A DNA stretch of 64,000 bases, from assembly GCA_020848155.1 (NCBI GenBank), contig JADLAR010000007.1, forward strand, positions 32,826 to 96,825, in the 5' to 3' direction. The notes beneath the pieces were generated by a model. The model was given only the letters and a program-made list of their open reading frames with translations. It did no database searches and was not told the origin of the DNA. A program made the translations under genes and the position numbers. Shown in pieces: positions 40,334-49,223 of this stretch (position 1 is the first letter of the stretch; each line of letters begins with the position of its first letter). Origin of the DNA: Candidatus Sumerlaeota bacterium. Its GTDB lineage: Bacteria; Sumerlaeota; Sumerlaeia; SLMS01.

Positions 40334-42090
40334 TTTCGTTGCTGCGTGACAATCCGATCGTGACGTATTACTCGCCACTGTCGGCGCGCGGACGCCGGCG
40401 ATGGCTGTGCCTTTCGTTGGCGATGGCCTATGTGGCCCACTCCATTGTGGGATGGGGAATAGCCGCCGATATGTGGGGAGGGTTTCATGACGGAGGGCTC
40501 TTCTTCTTTTCCATGCTGCAAATGCTGTCGTACGTGGCGTTGCCGTCGTTGTGCTTCCTGTTCTTCGCGCCGCGCCATCGTTCGCGCGATGTGCTGGAGG
40601 AGTTGACGCTTACCCGGCTCAGCCGCCGGGAGGTCGTGGCGGGCTATTGGCTTCCTCCGCTTGCGGTTTTCGGTGTCCTGTTCGTCGTGAATCTCGCTTC
40701 GTTTCTGGTCGGCACGTTCATGACGATCACCCGGCAAAGTTCGGGAGTCATGGAGCCACTGATTCTCGCGACGGTGGCACATTTCTCCATGGGCGTCATC
40801 GCGGCTTCAGCCGCGACAAGGAATTGGACGGCCTATCCGAACTCGGTTTTTCGGGCGCTCTTCCAGGTGCCCATCATCATTGTGGCGCAGGCGATTGCGG
40901 TGGTGGTCATCGCTGTTTCCGCTGCCCTGGCGTTTTCCAGCATCGGCCCCCGCGAATGGAGTGATGAGGTGGGAACAGCCATCGGGTCCATGGCAATGCT
41001 GGTGTGCGCGGGATTCGGGTTGCGCAAGGCGGTGCGATTTGCGCCTGCGCGATTCTTCCGGGTGGTCGATCCGGCGTGCTATCAACGGGCTTATTGGGCG
41101 GCGAATGAACTTGCGCCGTCGCGAAGAAGCCCGGGAGCCGGCGCCGCTTTTGGTCGCCTACTTCGACGTGTTCCGGGCGACTTCCGCCAATCGCTGCGTG
41201 CGCTGATGGTGGTGCTGGTGATCGCACTTGGTACCGCCTTGTATGCGTATCACAATCCACGACTCTTCCGCAGTGATGACCTTGCGATTGATGGCGCCCA
41301 CATCACGCAGCAGGACAAGAAGCTTGTGGCGTTGCGGGTAGTCACCGATTGGCATGCGGTGGGTGCGATCCCGCTGGTGTTCACGCTGCTGCACATCTTC
41401 TTTTGCGCACGGAAGCGCCCTGACCGCGCGATCACGTTGATGGCGGGAGGCATTGTCCCGTCCATCGTGTGCTTCATGATCCCAACATTCACGTTGCAGG
41501 TTGTGTGTGTGTTGCTTCACCTCGAGGCGCGTCAGTTTTTTTTCTATGGGAGCAGATTTGGCGACAACGACGAAGCCATCATGACGTCGATAGGAATGTT
41601 TGGAATCTGTGTTTTGCTGGCGCTGGTGTTTCTGCCGCGCCCGCGGCGCACCGTGCTCTTCACGATGGCGTCTCTCATTTTGCTTCTTCTCGTGTATATA
41701 CTGCTGGGACACATAATGCAATACAGCCCCAACGTTTCCAGTATTGTTGGCGCGCTTTGCGCCGTTGGCATGTTGACGGGGATGGTTTTGTCCCGCGTGA
41801 TGAAAGAACACCGGCACCGCGCTGTCATTGGGATGGGCGGTGGGCTTGCGATCACAGGCTTCCTTGGTGTGCTTGCGGTAGCGACGCTGCGTCAGACACC
41901 CAACTACTACGGAATGTCCCTGATTAACCGCCCCCTGCAGATCGTGATGTTTTTCGTCACGGCAATAGTGGTTTGGCTGGTTTTACATGGATTCGATTTT
42001 TTGGCGCAGCGCATGCACCGGATGGAATTGGCGCATTTGGAGCCGTTGACGCTAAACGTTGAGGATGGCGCTCCGCGTGTTGGTGGATGA
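40330..42090 (+). CDS. Large polytopic membrane protein with an ABC-2/NosY-like permease signature, paralog 2
   Basis: Its start overlaps the stop of paralog 1 (ATGA). The same N- and C-terminal motifs are present (LLRDNPIVTYYSPLSARGRRRW; EELTLTRLSRREVVAGYWLPP; AQRMHRMELAHLEPLT). Confidence 0.5.
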   Translation: MISLLRDNPIVTYYSPLSARGRRRWLCLSLAMAYVAHSIVGWGIAADMWGGFHDGGLFFFSMLQMLSYVALPSLCFLFFAPRHRSRDVLEELTLTRLSRREVVAGYWLPPLAVFGVLFVVNLASFLVGTFMTITRQSSGVMEPLILATVAHFSMGVIAASAATRNWTAYPNSVFRALFQVPIIIVAQAIAVVVIAVSAALAFSSIGPREWSDEVGTAIGSMAMLVCAGFGLRKAVRFAPARFFRVVDPACYQRAYWAANELAPSRRSPGAGAAFGRLLRRVPGDFRQSLRALMVVLVIALGTALYAYHNPRLFRSDDLAIDGAHITQQDKKLVALRVVTDWHAVGAIPLVFTLLHIFFCARKRPDRAITLMAGGIVPSIVCFMIPTFTLQVVCVLLHLEARQFFFYGSRFGDNDEAIMTSIGMFGICVLLALVFLPRPRRTVLFTMASLILLLLVYILLGHIMQYSPNVSSIVGALCAVGMLTGMVLSRVMKEHRHRAVIGMGGGLAITGFLGVLAVATLRQTPNYYGMSLINRPLQIVMFFVTAIVVWLVLHGFDFLAQRMHRMELAHLEPLTLNVEDGAPRVGG

Positions 42091-43141
42091 TTTTTTTTAC
42101 GAGTTGCCGGAGGAGTTGATCGCAGCCTGGCCTGCGGAGCGGCGGGATGAATCGCGGTTGTTGGTGATGGAGGGCGATCAGCCGCTGCGGCACCGCGAGT
42201 TTCGCGACCTGCCGGAGTTCCTTCGCGCGGGCGACCTGCTGGTGATGAACGACACGCGCGTGATTCCCGCGCGATTGCATGCGGCGCGAAAGTCGGGAGG
42301 GCGGGTGGAGGTCCTGCTGCTGAAGGAGGAGGCGGATTCGGCCCCGGGCAATCCGCGCTGGCGTGCGCTGATGAAGCCGGCAAAGAAGGTTGCGGTGGGC
42401 GAATCGTTGCAACTTGGCGGGGGTGATTCCGTGCGTGTTGTCGCCGTGCACGAAAGCGGAGAGCGCACTGTGGAATTCACGACGAAGGATTTTCGCGCGT
42501 TGCTGGCGGCGCACGGCGCGATGCCAATTCCACCCTACATCGTGAAGCGCCGCGCCAGCGAATCGAATGAATCGGGTGCGGATGACCGGCAGCGCTATCA
42601 AACGATCTATGCCAGGAGCGATGGAAGCGTGGCTGCGCCGACGGCGGGGTTGCACTTCACGGAAGGTTTGCTTGCCCGGCTTCGCGGGACGGGAATCGGC
42701 ATCGCGTTCGTGACGCTTCATGTGGGTGCGGGAACGTTCCAGACGATGGAGCCGGGAACGGATGTGAGCGCGCATGTCATGCATGAAGAGGTCTATGATG
42801 TTCCATCAGAGACGGCGGATGCGGTGGCGCGAACGCGCGCGGCGGGGGGGCGGGTGGTCGGCATTGGGACGACGAGTGTGCGCACGCTGGAGTCAGCCTG
42901 GGACGCCGGGCGGGGTGCGGTGCGTGTTGGACCGGGGGAGACGCGGCTGATGATCGTGCCCGGCGCAAAGCTCAATGTTGTGAATGGTCTGGTGACGAAT
43001 TTTCACCTGCCGCGGTCCACGCTGCTGCTGTTGGTGAGTGCCGTTGCGGGGCGGGAGCGCATCCTTGCGGCCTATGGGGAGGCCATTCGCCTTCGCTATC
43101 GTTTCTACTCCTACGGCGATGCGATGTTGATCCTGCCGTAG
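42059..43141 (+). CDS. queA: S-adenosylmethionine:tRNA ribosyltransferase-isomerase
   Basis: Canonical QueA motifs FFYELPEELIAAWPAERRDESRLLV, TAGLHFTEGLLARL and VTNFHLPRSTLLLLVSA are present. Confidence 0.85.
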   Translation: MRMALRVLVDDFFYELPEELIAAWPAERRDESRLLVMEGDQPLRHREFRDLPEFLRAGDLLVMNDTRVIPARLHAARKSGGRVEVLLLKEEADSAPGNPRWRALMKPAKKVAVGESLQLGGGDSVRVVAVHESGERTVEFTTKDFRALLAAHGAMPIPPYIVKRRASESNESGADDRQRYQTIYARSDGSVAAPTAGLHFTEGLLARLRGTGIGIAFVTLHVGAGTFQTMEPGTDVSAHVMHEEVYDVPSETADAVARTRAAGGRVVGIGTTSVRTLESAWDAGRGAVRVGPGETRLMIVPGAKLNVVNGLVTNFHLPRSTLLLLVSAVAGRERILAAYGEAIRLRYRFYSYGDAMLILP

Positions 43142-43241
43142 GTGCGCTGGCCCAATCCTTGCCCACGCATCCAACGTCTGATGGTGTGGAATCACTAAAC
43201 AACGGGAACATTCCGACGGCTTACCTGAAAGGCCCCCACTC

Positions 43242-45065
43242 ATGTTGAAGTTCAAGGCTACCCTGTTCGTGGTATTTGTCAGCGTTTGCGGTTTTGCTGC
43301 GGCGGCGCCAACGCCAGTGGCGAAACCGAAGGCGGTCATCCCGGTGTTGGAGGTTGGCGGCGACATCGTGGAGCGAAAAGGCCCGCTGGGATTCCTGGAC
43401 ACGGAGAAATCCACGCTGCGCGACATGACGGAGTCGGTGAGGCAGGCGGCGCGGGATTCGGAGGTGGTGGCGCTGATCGTTCACTTCGACCAGCCTGGCT
43501 GGGGGTCGGCGCAGGCGATGGATTTCCACGATGCACTGAAGGATTTTCGCAAGAGTGAGAAGCCGTTGTATGTGTACGCGGACAGCATGTCGTTCGGCAC
43601 CTACACGGTGGCGACGGCGGCATCCGAAATCATCCAGCCGCCGGTCGGTGGGTTGGATGTCTACGGGCTGAACTTGTCGCTGTATTTCATGAAGGACCTT
43701 CTGGGCAAGTTGGGCGTGGAGGGCGATGTGGTGAACACGGGGCCTTTCAAGGATGCGATGGAGCCTTTTGTCTCCAACGAGATGGGGGAGGGGACGCGCA
43801 CGCAGTACACGGCGATCCTGAATGATGTCTTCAAGACGGCATCGGAAACGGTTGCGGCGAATCGTGGCATGCCGTTGGAGGACGCGCAGAAGTTGCTGAC
43901 GGGGGGGCCCTACACCAGCAAGGACGCGCTGGCGAAAAAGGCCATCGATCGCGTGGAGTACCTGGATGATTTCACGGACAGCCTGTATGGCGAATACAAG
44001 GACAAGGACCTGGAACTGGTCTACGACTATTCGGCTGGTTCAAGGAAGAAGCCGGAAGCTCCGAGCCTGATGTCGCTGATCATGGGCGCCGCCAAGCAGA
44101 GTGCAAGAAGTGCGGATGCAAAACCGAAGATCGCCGTTGTCTATGCGCTTGGCAACATCGTCGAGGGACGCGTGGACCAATCAAATCCCTTCTCGCGCGA
44201 GAACGTGATCGCGGCGCTGGATTTCATCGACGTGCTGGATGAGGTGGCGGAGGACAAGGGCGTGAAGGCGATCGTGCTGCGGGTGAGTTCGCCGGGCGGA
44301 AGCGCCATCGCGAGCGACATGATCTGGAAGCGCCTTCAGGACATCCGCAAGGACGACATTCCGATCGTGGTGTCGATGGGTGACGTGGCGGCCAGTGGGG
44401 GCTACTACATAAGCATGGGCGCGAACAAGATCGTTGCGGAGCCGACGACGATCACCGGAAGCATCGGCGTGATCGGCGGGAAGTTTTCGCTGGCGGGAAC
44501 CTATGACAAGGTTGGCCTGCACAAGCAGTCGCTGAGCATCGGCGAGAACGTTGAAATCTACAGTGAGACGAAGAAGTGGGACGAACGGGAGCGCGGGATC
44601 CTGAGCCGGTTGCTCGATGACGTTTACAATGAGTTCACCAGCAAGGCGGCTCTGGGACGTGGCAAGACCCAGGATGAGATCAAGGCCGTGGCGGGGGGAC
44701 GCGTGTGGAGTGGGATGGCGGCGAAGGAGCAGGGCTTGGTGGATGAGCTTGGCAGCCTGGACACAGCGATTGCGGAGGCGCGCGAACTGGCCAACGCGCC
44801 GGAAGCGCCCGTTGTCGAGTACCCGAAGGAACTGACATTCCTGGAGTTTCTGGAAAAAACGCTGTCGGGCGAGAAAACCGCCACCCTTGGGGTCCACTCG
44901 TCGAGCGGCGGAACGATGACGGCGCTGCAACACAACCCGTTGGTCCAGGCGGCCGGCGCGATGCTCCCGCCGAAGCAGCTTCAGCAGGCGTTGTTCATCG
45001 TGGACAGCCTAAGCGCCAAGCCGGGGGTCATGCTGGCCATGCCCCAGGCGTTTGAAATCAAATGA
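43242..45065 (+). CDS. sppA: Signal peptide peptidase SppA (protease IV), 67K type
   Basis: It has a signal peptide and two ClpP/crotonase-like S49 domains. The active-site region is ...VSSPGGSAIASDMIWKRL...MGDVAASGGYYISM. Confidence 0.8.
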   Translation: MLKFKATLFVVFVSVCGFAAAAPTPVAKPKAVIPVLEVGGDIVERKGPLGFLDTEKSTLRDMTESVRQAARDSEVVALIVHFDQPGWGSAQAMDFHDALKDFRKSEKPLYVYADSMSFGTYTVATAASEIIQPPVGGLDVYGLNLSLYFMKDLLGKLGVEGDVVNTGPFKDAMEPFVSNEMGEGTRTQYTAILNDVFKTASETVAANRGMPLEDAQKLLTGGPYTSKDALAKKAIDRVEYLDDFTDSLYGEYKDKDLELVYDYSAGSRKKPEAPSLMSLIMGAAKQSARSADAKPKIAVVYALGNIVEGRVDQSNPFSRENVIAALDFIDVLDEVAEDKGVKAIVLRVSSPGGSAIASDMIWKRLQDIRKDDIPIVVSMGDVAASGGYYISMGANKIVAEPTTITGSIGVIGGKFSLAGTYDKVGLHKQSLSIGENVEIYSETKKWDERERGILSRLLDDVYNEFTSKAALGRGKTQDEIKAVAGGRVWSGMAAKEQGLVDELGSLDTAIAEARELANAPEAPVVEYPKELTFLEFLEKTLSGEKTATLGVHSSSGGTMTALQHNPLVQAAGAMLPPKQLQQALFIVDSLSAKPGVMLAMPQAFEIK

Positions 45066-45418
45066 GCGGGGGGCAGGCCGCATTCCGGTGTGGAATCCCC
45101 CTCGGGATCACGGGAAGGCGACGCTTGTCAGGTTTTCCCGTTCGTTAAACGAGATTTTTGCTAAAATGTTGATGATGCGGTCCAATCCGCAAGAGGTGCG
45201 GCTCAAAATCCTCTTGTACCCCATAGGCTGCCTGTCGTCCTTCATCCGAATGCCGGACGCGTTGGTTACTCGCGCAGATGGCCCATGCTGGTGAACTTGC
45301 AGCATGGCATGGTCTGGACGGACCATTCGATGGAAGTAACTCGAAATTGTGGCAGCGGTCTTTCCGCGCCCCAGAAATAGAGCTCCTCGCTGTGAAAGGA
45401 TTTCCCTCTACGCTTATG

Positions 45419-46465
45419 AAATTAACATCACTACGTGCGTCTCACCTCATTGCTGCGTTGATGATTGTTTCCGCACCTGCAGCCATTCTGGCGCAGGAGG
45501 AAGGCGGCGAACACACGCCGACGCATTCGCCGACCCCTTCACACACGCCGACGCATTCGCCGACGCCGACGCATTCCCACACGCCGAGCCCGAGCCCTTC
45601 GCATTCGCCGACGCCGACGCATTCGCACACGCCGAGCCCGAGCCCTTCGCACTCGCCAAGCCCGAGCCCTTCGCATTCGCCTTCTCACACCCCCTCCCTG
45701 ACAGCGTCGCCTTCACATTCGCCGTCACCCAGCCCGTCTCATTCACCGTCCCACACGCCTTCGCTGACAGCGTCGCCGTCGCCTTCGCACAGCCCGTCTC
45801 ATTCGCCGAGCCCGTCGCCTTCGATCTCGCCGTCGCACAGCCCGTCACCAAGCCCGTCACCGTCTCATTCGCCGAGCCCGAGCCTTACGCCAAGCCCGAC
45901 GCATTCACTGACGCCAAGCCCGTCACCATCGCATTCGCCGTCGCCGTCGTTGACGCCTTCGCTGACAGCGTCGCCGTCGCCTTCGCACAGCCCGTCTCAT
46001 TCGCCGAGCCCGTCGCCTTCGATCTCGCCGTCGCATAGCCCGTCACCGAGCGCATCACCTTCGCACTCGCCGACGCCGACACCGAGCCCGTCGCCTTCGC
46101 ACTCACCGTCGCTGACACCTTCCCCGAGCCACACTCCGAGCCTGACGGCATCGCCGTCGCCGTCGCACAGCCCATCCCATACGCCAAGCCCGTCGCCGAG
46201 CGCGTCACCTTCGCACTCGCCGTCACACACACCCACGCCGCATCCGACGCATACGCCGACGCATACACCGCATCCGACGGCGACGCCGCATCCGACGCAT
46301 ACACCACACCCGACGGCGACACCGCATCCAACGCATGAGCCGACGCACTCACCATTGCCGACTCACACGCCACACCCGACGGCGACACCTCACCCGACGC
46401 ATACGCCGCTTCCGACGCATGTGGCGACCCACACACCGGATCCGCATCACGCCACACGCGATTGA
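45419..46465 (+). CDS. Secreted His/Pro/Ser/Thr-rich tandem-repeat protein
   Basis: It has a signal peptide (MKLTSLRASHLIAALMIVSAPAAILAQEEGGEH). This is followed by more than 300 aa of (S-P-S-P-S-H-S-P-[TS]) and (T-H-T-P-H-P-T-A-T-P-H-P) repeats. The start was chosen at the Met at 45419 rather than the ORF-track start at 45278. Confidence 0.6.
   Translation, partial: KLTSLRASHLIAALMIVSAPAAILAQEEGGEHTPTHSPTPSHTPTHSPTPTHSHTPSPSPSHSPTPTHSHTPSPSPSHSPSPSPSHSPSHTPSLTASPSHSPSPSPSHSPSHTPSLTASPSPSHSPSHSPSPSPSISPSHSPSPSPSPSHSPSPSLTPSPTHSLTPSPSPSHSPSPSLTPSLTASPSPSHSPSHSPSPSPSISPSHSPSPSASPSHSPTPTPSPSPSHSPSLTPSPSHTPSLTASPSPSHSPSHTPSPSPSASPSHSPSHTPTPHPTHTPTHTPHPTATPHPTHTPHPTATPHPTHEPTHSPLPTHTPHPTATPHPTHTPLPTHVATHTPDPHHATRD
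45530..46440. repeat. About 0.9 kb of imperfect tandem DNA repeats (18-27-bp units such as cgcattcgccgacgccgac / ccgagcccttcgcattcgcc) encoding the low-complexity protein
   Basis: Multiple near-identical blocks are directly visible (for example, ACGCATTCGCACACGCCGAGCCCGAGCCCTTCGCA occurs at least twice and GCGTCGCCGTCGCCTTCGCACAGCCCGTCTCATTCGCCGAGCCCGTCGCCTTCGATCTCGCCGTCGCA occurs twice). Confidence 0.8.
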
Positions 46466-46490
46466 TCGCGTCACGCTTGGGCAATCAGGA

Positions 46491-46522
46491 ACCGCTCCTC
46501 TCGCGAGGGGCGGTTTCTTTTT
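46491..46522 (+). terminator. Rho-independent terminator downstream of the repeat-protein gene
   Basis: The stem is ACCGCTCCTC-tcgc-GAGGGGCGGT (one G-U pair). It is followed by TTCTTTTT. Confidence 0.55.
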
Positions 46523-46555
46523 CCTGGGGGATTGCCCCGCACCGCCTGATGGTAC

Positions 46556-47176
46556 ATGGTGATCCATGCGCGCATTTTTCGACTGCCAATAGCCCTCCCA
46601 ATGTCCCTTCACGTTGCGCTCGTCCACTTTCCCATCATTGACAAGAACGGTCGCGCCGTTTGCACATCGGTAACGAACCTGGACCTGCATGACATCAGCC
46701 GCGCCGGCACCACCTATGGCGCAGCGGGGGTTTGGATCGTCCATCCCTACGAGGCGCAGCAGCGCTTCATCCGCCGCGTGATGCGTCACTGGACGGATGG
46801 CTGGGGGGCGGGATATAATCCGTCGCGGCGCGAGTCACTGGCGGCGACCCACCTTGTGGCTGACCTTGGGGAGGTTTCCCGCCGCATCGAAGCCGCCGAA
46901 GGGATGCGTCCGCTCTTCGTCGGCACGCACGCCGCGCCGACGGACAATCAGGTGAGCTACCGGGCGATGCGCGAGCGCCTGGGCAGCGAACCGAAGACCC
47001 CGTTTTGCATCGTGTTCGGCACTGGCTGGGGGCTGCATCCGGAAGCGATGGAGGCGATGGATCTGATGTTGGAACCTGTGTACGGCGCGGGGGAGTGGAA
47101 TCACCTGTCAGTGCGTGCGGCCATCGGCATCATCCTCGACCGGCTGGCGGGGCGCGATCACCCGTTGATGGAATAG
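46556..47176 (+). CDS. Putative SPOUT-class (TrmL/TrmH-like) RNA methyltransferase-like protein
   Basis: LHVALVHFPIIDKNGRAVCTSVTNLDLHDISRAGTTYGAAGVWIVHP resembles the TrmL N-terminal ...[31 protein letters not shown] knot region. The likely start is the Met at 46601. The assignment is tentative. Confidence 0.35.
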   Translation: MVIHARIFRLPIALPMSLHVALVHFPIIDKNGRAVCTSVTNLDLHDISRAGTTYGAAGVWIVHPYEAQQRFIRRVMRHWTDGWGAGYNPSRRESLAATHLVADLGEVSRRIEAAEGMRPLFVGTHAAPTDNQVSYRAMRERLGSEPKTPFCIVFGTGWGLHPEAMEAMDLMLEPVYGAGEWNHLSVRAAIGIILDRLAGRDHPLME

Positions 47177-47278
47177 CTTCCTTTTGCATTCACTGCCTAT
47201 TCTGCGGGGGCTTGTGGGATCCGTCAGCCCTTCAGATTTCATGCTGTTTTTTCTTGCCAGTGTCATCACTCGGCGGGC

Positions 47279-48445
47279 TTGCTAGCGGGAGCCTCTACCG
47301 AAAGGCGCTGTATGCAGAGCAATTCTCCCTTCCCGCGAAAAGTCGCACTGTTGTGCGGCGGGCAATCGGCGGAACACGTCGTCTCCCTAACGTCTGCGCG
47401 TTGCGTGGCCCACGCGCTGGACCGTCATCGCTATCGCGTTCGCGTGTTCGCGGTGATGGAGGATGGGTCGTGGGTGTGCCCGGATGATGAGTGGGATGGC
47501 AGCACGGTTCCGTCCCGCATTGAGAAGCTTTTCGACCTGCTGGATAATCCGGAGTACTGCCCCAGTGGTTACTTCAAGGTGCGCCCGGCGGTGGATGGCA
47601 TCCGGCGCCTTTGCGAGTGGGGGCCGGCGATCGTGCTACCGATCATGCACGGGACCTTTGGCGAGGATGGCAGACTTCAGGGGATGCTGGATTTCTTGGG
47701 GGTGCCGTATGTTGGAAGCGGCGTGATGGCGAGCGCGCTGGCGATGGACAAGCGCCGCGCGTCGAACTTCCTTGGCGCACAGGGCGTCCGCGTTCCGCGC
47801 CACGTGATCCTGCGTTCCGCAGCGCCGCGCGCCCACCGGGAGGACCAACTTCAGGGGGCGGGTACGCTGCTGGGCTGGCCGATCATCGTGAAGCCCTCGC
47901 GCGGCGGAAGCAGCGTGGCGACGGCGCTGGCGCATGACACGGATTCGCTTCATCGCGCCGTGGCGCGCGCGTTTGAGATCGATACGGAAGTCTTGATGGA
48001 GGAGTACGTGCGCGGCACGGAGGTGACCTGTGGCGTGCTGGACTTGGCGGAAGGCTATGGCGGCCGCATCGTGTGTCCGCCCACGGAAATTCGCACGCGC
48101 AATGGGGAACTGTTCAACTTCGACAGCAAGTATCGCCCCGGCGCGACGGAGGAGATCACCCCGGCGCAATTGCCGGAGCCGGTGATCCATCGCATCCAGA
48201 CGATCGCGGAGAAGGCGCACGAACAGATTGGCTGCACGGGGATGTCCCGCACGGACATGATCGTGCCGGAGGACGGCCAACCGGTGTTCCTGGAAACGAA
48301 CACGCTGCCGGGCATGACGTCCACGTCATTGTTGCCGCAGGGCGCTGCGGAGCTAGGCATCAGCATGACGGCGATGCTGACGGGCCTGGTCGAGGGTGTT
48401 TTCGAGACAATGATTGAAAAGAAGGCCCGGGACGACCGCTTCTGA
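47279..48445 (+). CDS. ddl: D-alanine--D-alanine ligase
   Basis: It has the ATP-grasp fold. Diagnostic motifs are ...PIIVKPSRGGSSVATALAHD...EEYVRGTEVTCGVL... and the C-terminal ...VFLETNTLPGMTSTSLLPQGAAELGISMTAMLTGLV. Confidence 0.85.
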   Translation: MLAGASTERRCMQSNSPFPRKVALLCGGQSAEHVVSLTSARCVAHALDRHRYRVRVFAVMEDGSWVCPDDEWDGSTVPSRIEKLFDLLDNPEYCPSGYFKVRPAVDGIRRLCEWGPAIVLPIMHGTFGEDGRLQGMLDFLGVPYVGSGVMASALAMDKRRASNFLGAQGVRVPRHVILRSAAPRAHREDQLQGAGTLLGWPIIVKPSRGGSSVATALAHDTDSLHRAVARAFEIDTEVLMEEYVRGTEVTCGVLDLAEGYGGRIVCPPTEIRTRNGELFNFDSKYRPGATEEITPAQLPEPVIHRIQTIAEKAHEQIGCTGMSRTDMIVPEDGQPVFLETNTLPGMTSTSLLPQGAAELGISMTAMLTGLVEGVFETMIEKKARDDRF

Positions 48446-48531
48446 CACGGCTTTGACTGAAGTGTCGCGGGATGGAAAACCACCGTGCCCGTTGAACCAC
48501 GAGGGACAGATCTTAATCGGCCGGCGAGCCA

Positions 48532-48567
48532 CCCCCGCGCGAGGAATCGCGCGGGGGGATTATTTTA
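48532..48567 (+). terminator. Rho-independent terminator after ddl
   Basis: The stem is CCCCCGCGCGA-ggaat-CGCGCGGGGGG. It is followed by ATTATTTT. Confidence 0.65.
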
Positions 48568-48590
48568 TGTGATGTTCTTGCCGGATTCAG

Positions 48591-49223
48591 TTGAGATTGA
48601 GCGAAAAATCCACCATAGAATACCAGCAACAGGGCAAAGAGATGATGGATGCGCACGAAAAATCAGAACGGCTCATCGAGGCGGCCACTGCGATTCTGGC
48701 CGCGGCACCCAATCATCGCCTCAACACCGTTGTACTTAACAAAGCCCTATTCTATCTTGATCTTGCTTCCCTCCGTGATGACGGAAAAACGATGACGGGT
48801 AATTCTTATATCGCCCTTCAGCAAGGACCGGTTGTGGCGAAATATCAGGAGCGGTTGATCGGCCAGTTGCAAGCACGTGTCATTGCAGAACAGTTGGACG
48901 AATGGGATGGATCGAAGCCGATTGTCCTAAAGAATGGTACCCTGCGTTCCCATCATCTCGATGCATCCGCAATGAGCAGGGCTGCTGGCATTACCGCCTT
49001 CTTTGCGAAACAGACGTCCCAGCAGGCGTCCGAGTATTCTCATGAAAATCCCGGTTGGCTGCTCGCTTGGGCGGAGTATCGCAGGTCGGGAAAGCCGTGC
49101 GCGATCGACATGCGAGTGGCGATGCAGCAGATCCTTCAAGACGATCCGTGGATGGATGAGCCGTTGATTGGCGATGAGGACATTCTGGCCGCAGACGACG
49201 CGGAATCCGGAACGGATTGGTGA
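48591..49223 (+). CDS. Panacea-domain (DUF4065) protein, a putative antitoxin (PanA-like)
   Basis: ...RLNTVVLNKALFYLDLASLRDDGKTMTGNSYIALQQGPVVAKYQERL... matches the DUF4065 core (hK-L-x-K-L-L-Y-[FY]-[AS]...W-x-x-GPV). The start is probably at MMDAHEKSERLIEAA. Its stop overlaps the next gene by 7 nt. Confidence 0.55.
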   Translation: MRLSEKSTIEYQQQGKEMMDAHEKSERLIEAATAILAAAPNHRLNTVVLNKALFYLDLASLRDDGKTMTGNSYIALQQGPVVAKYQERLIGQLQARVIAEQLDEWDGSKPIVLKNGTLRSHHLDASAMSRAAGITAFFAKQTSQQASEYSHENPGWLLAWAEYRRSGKPCAIDMRVAMQQILQDDPWMDEPLIGDEDILAADDAESGTDW

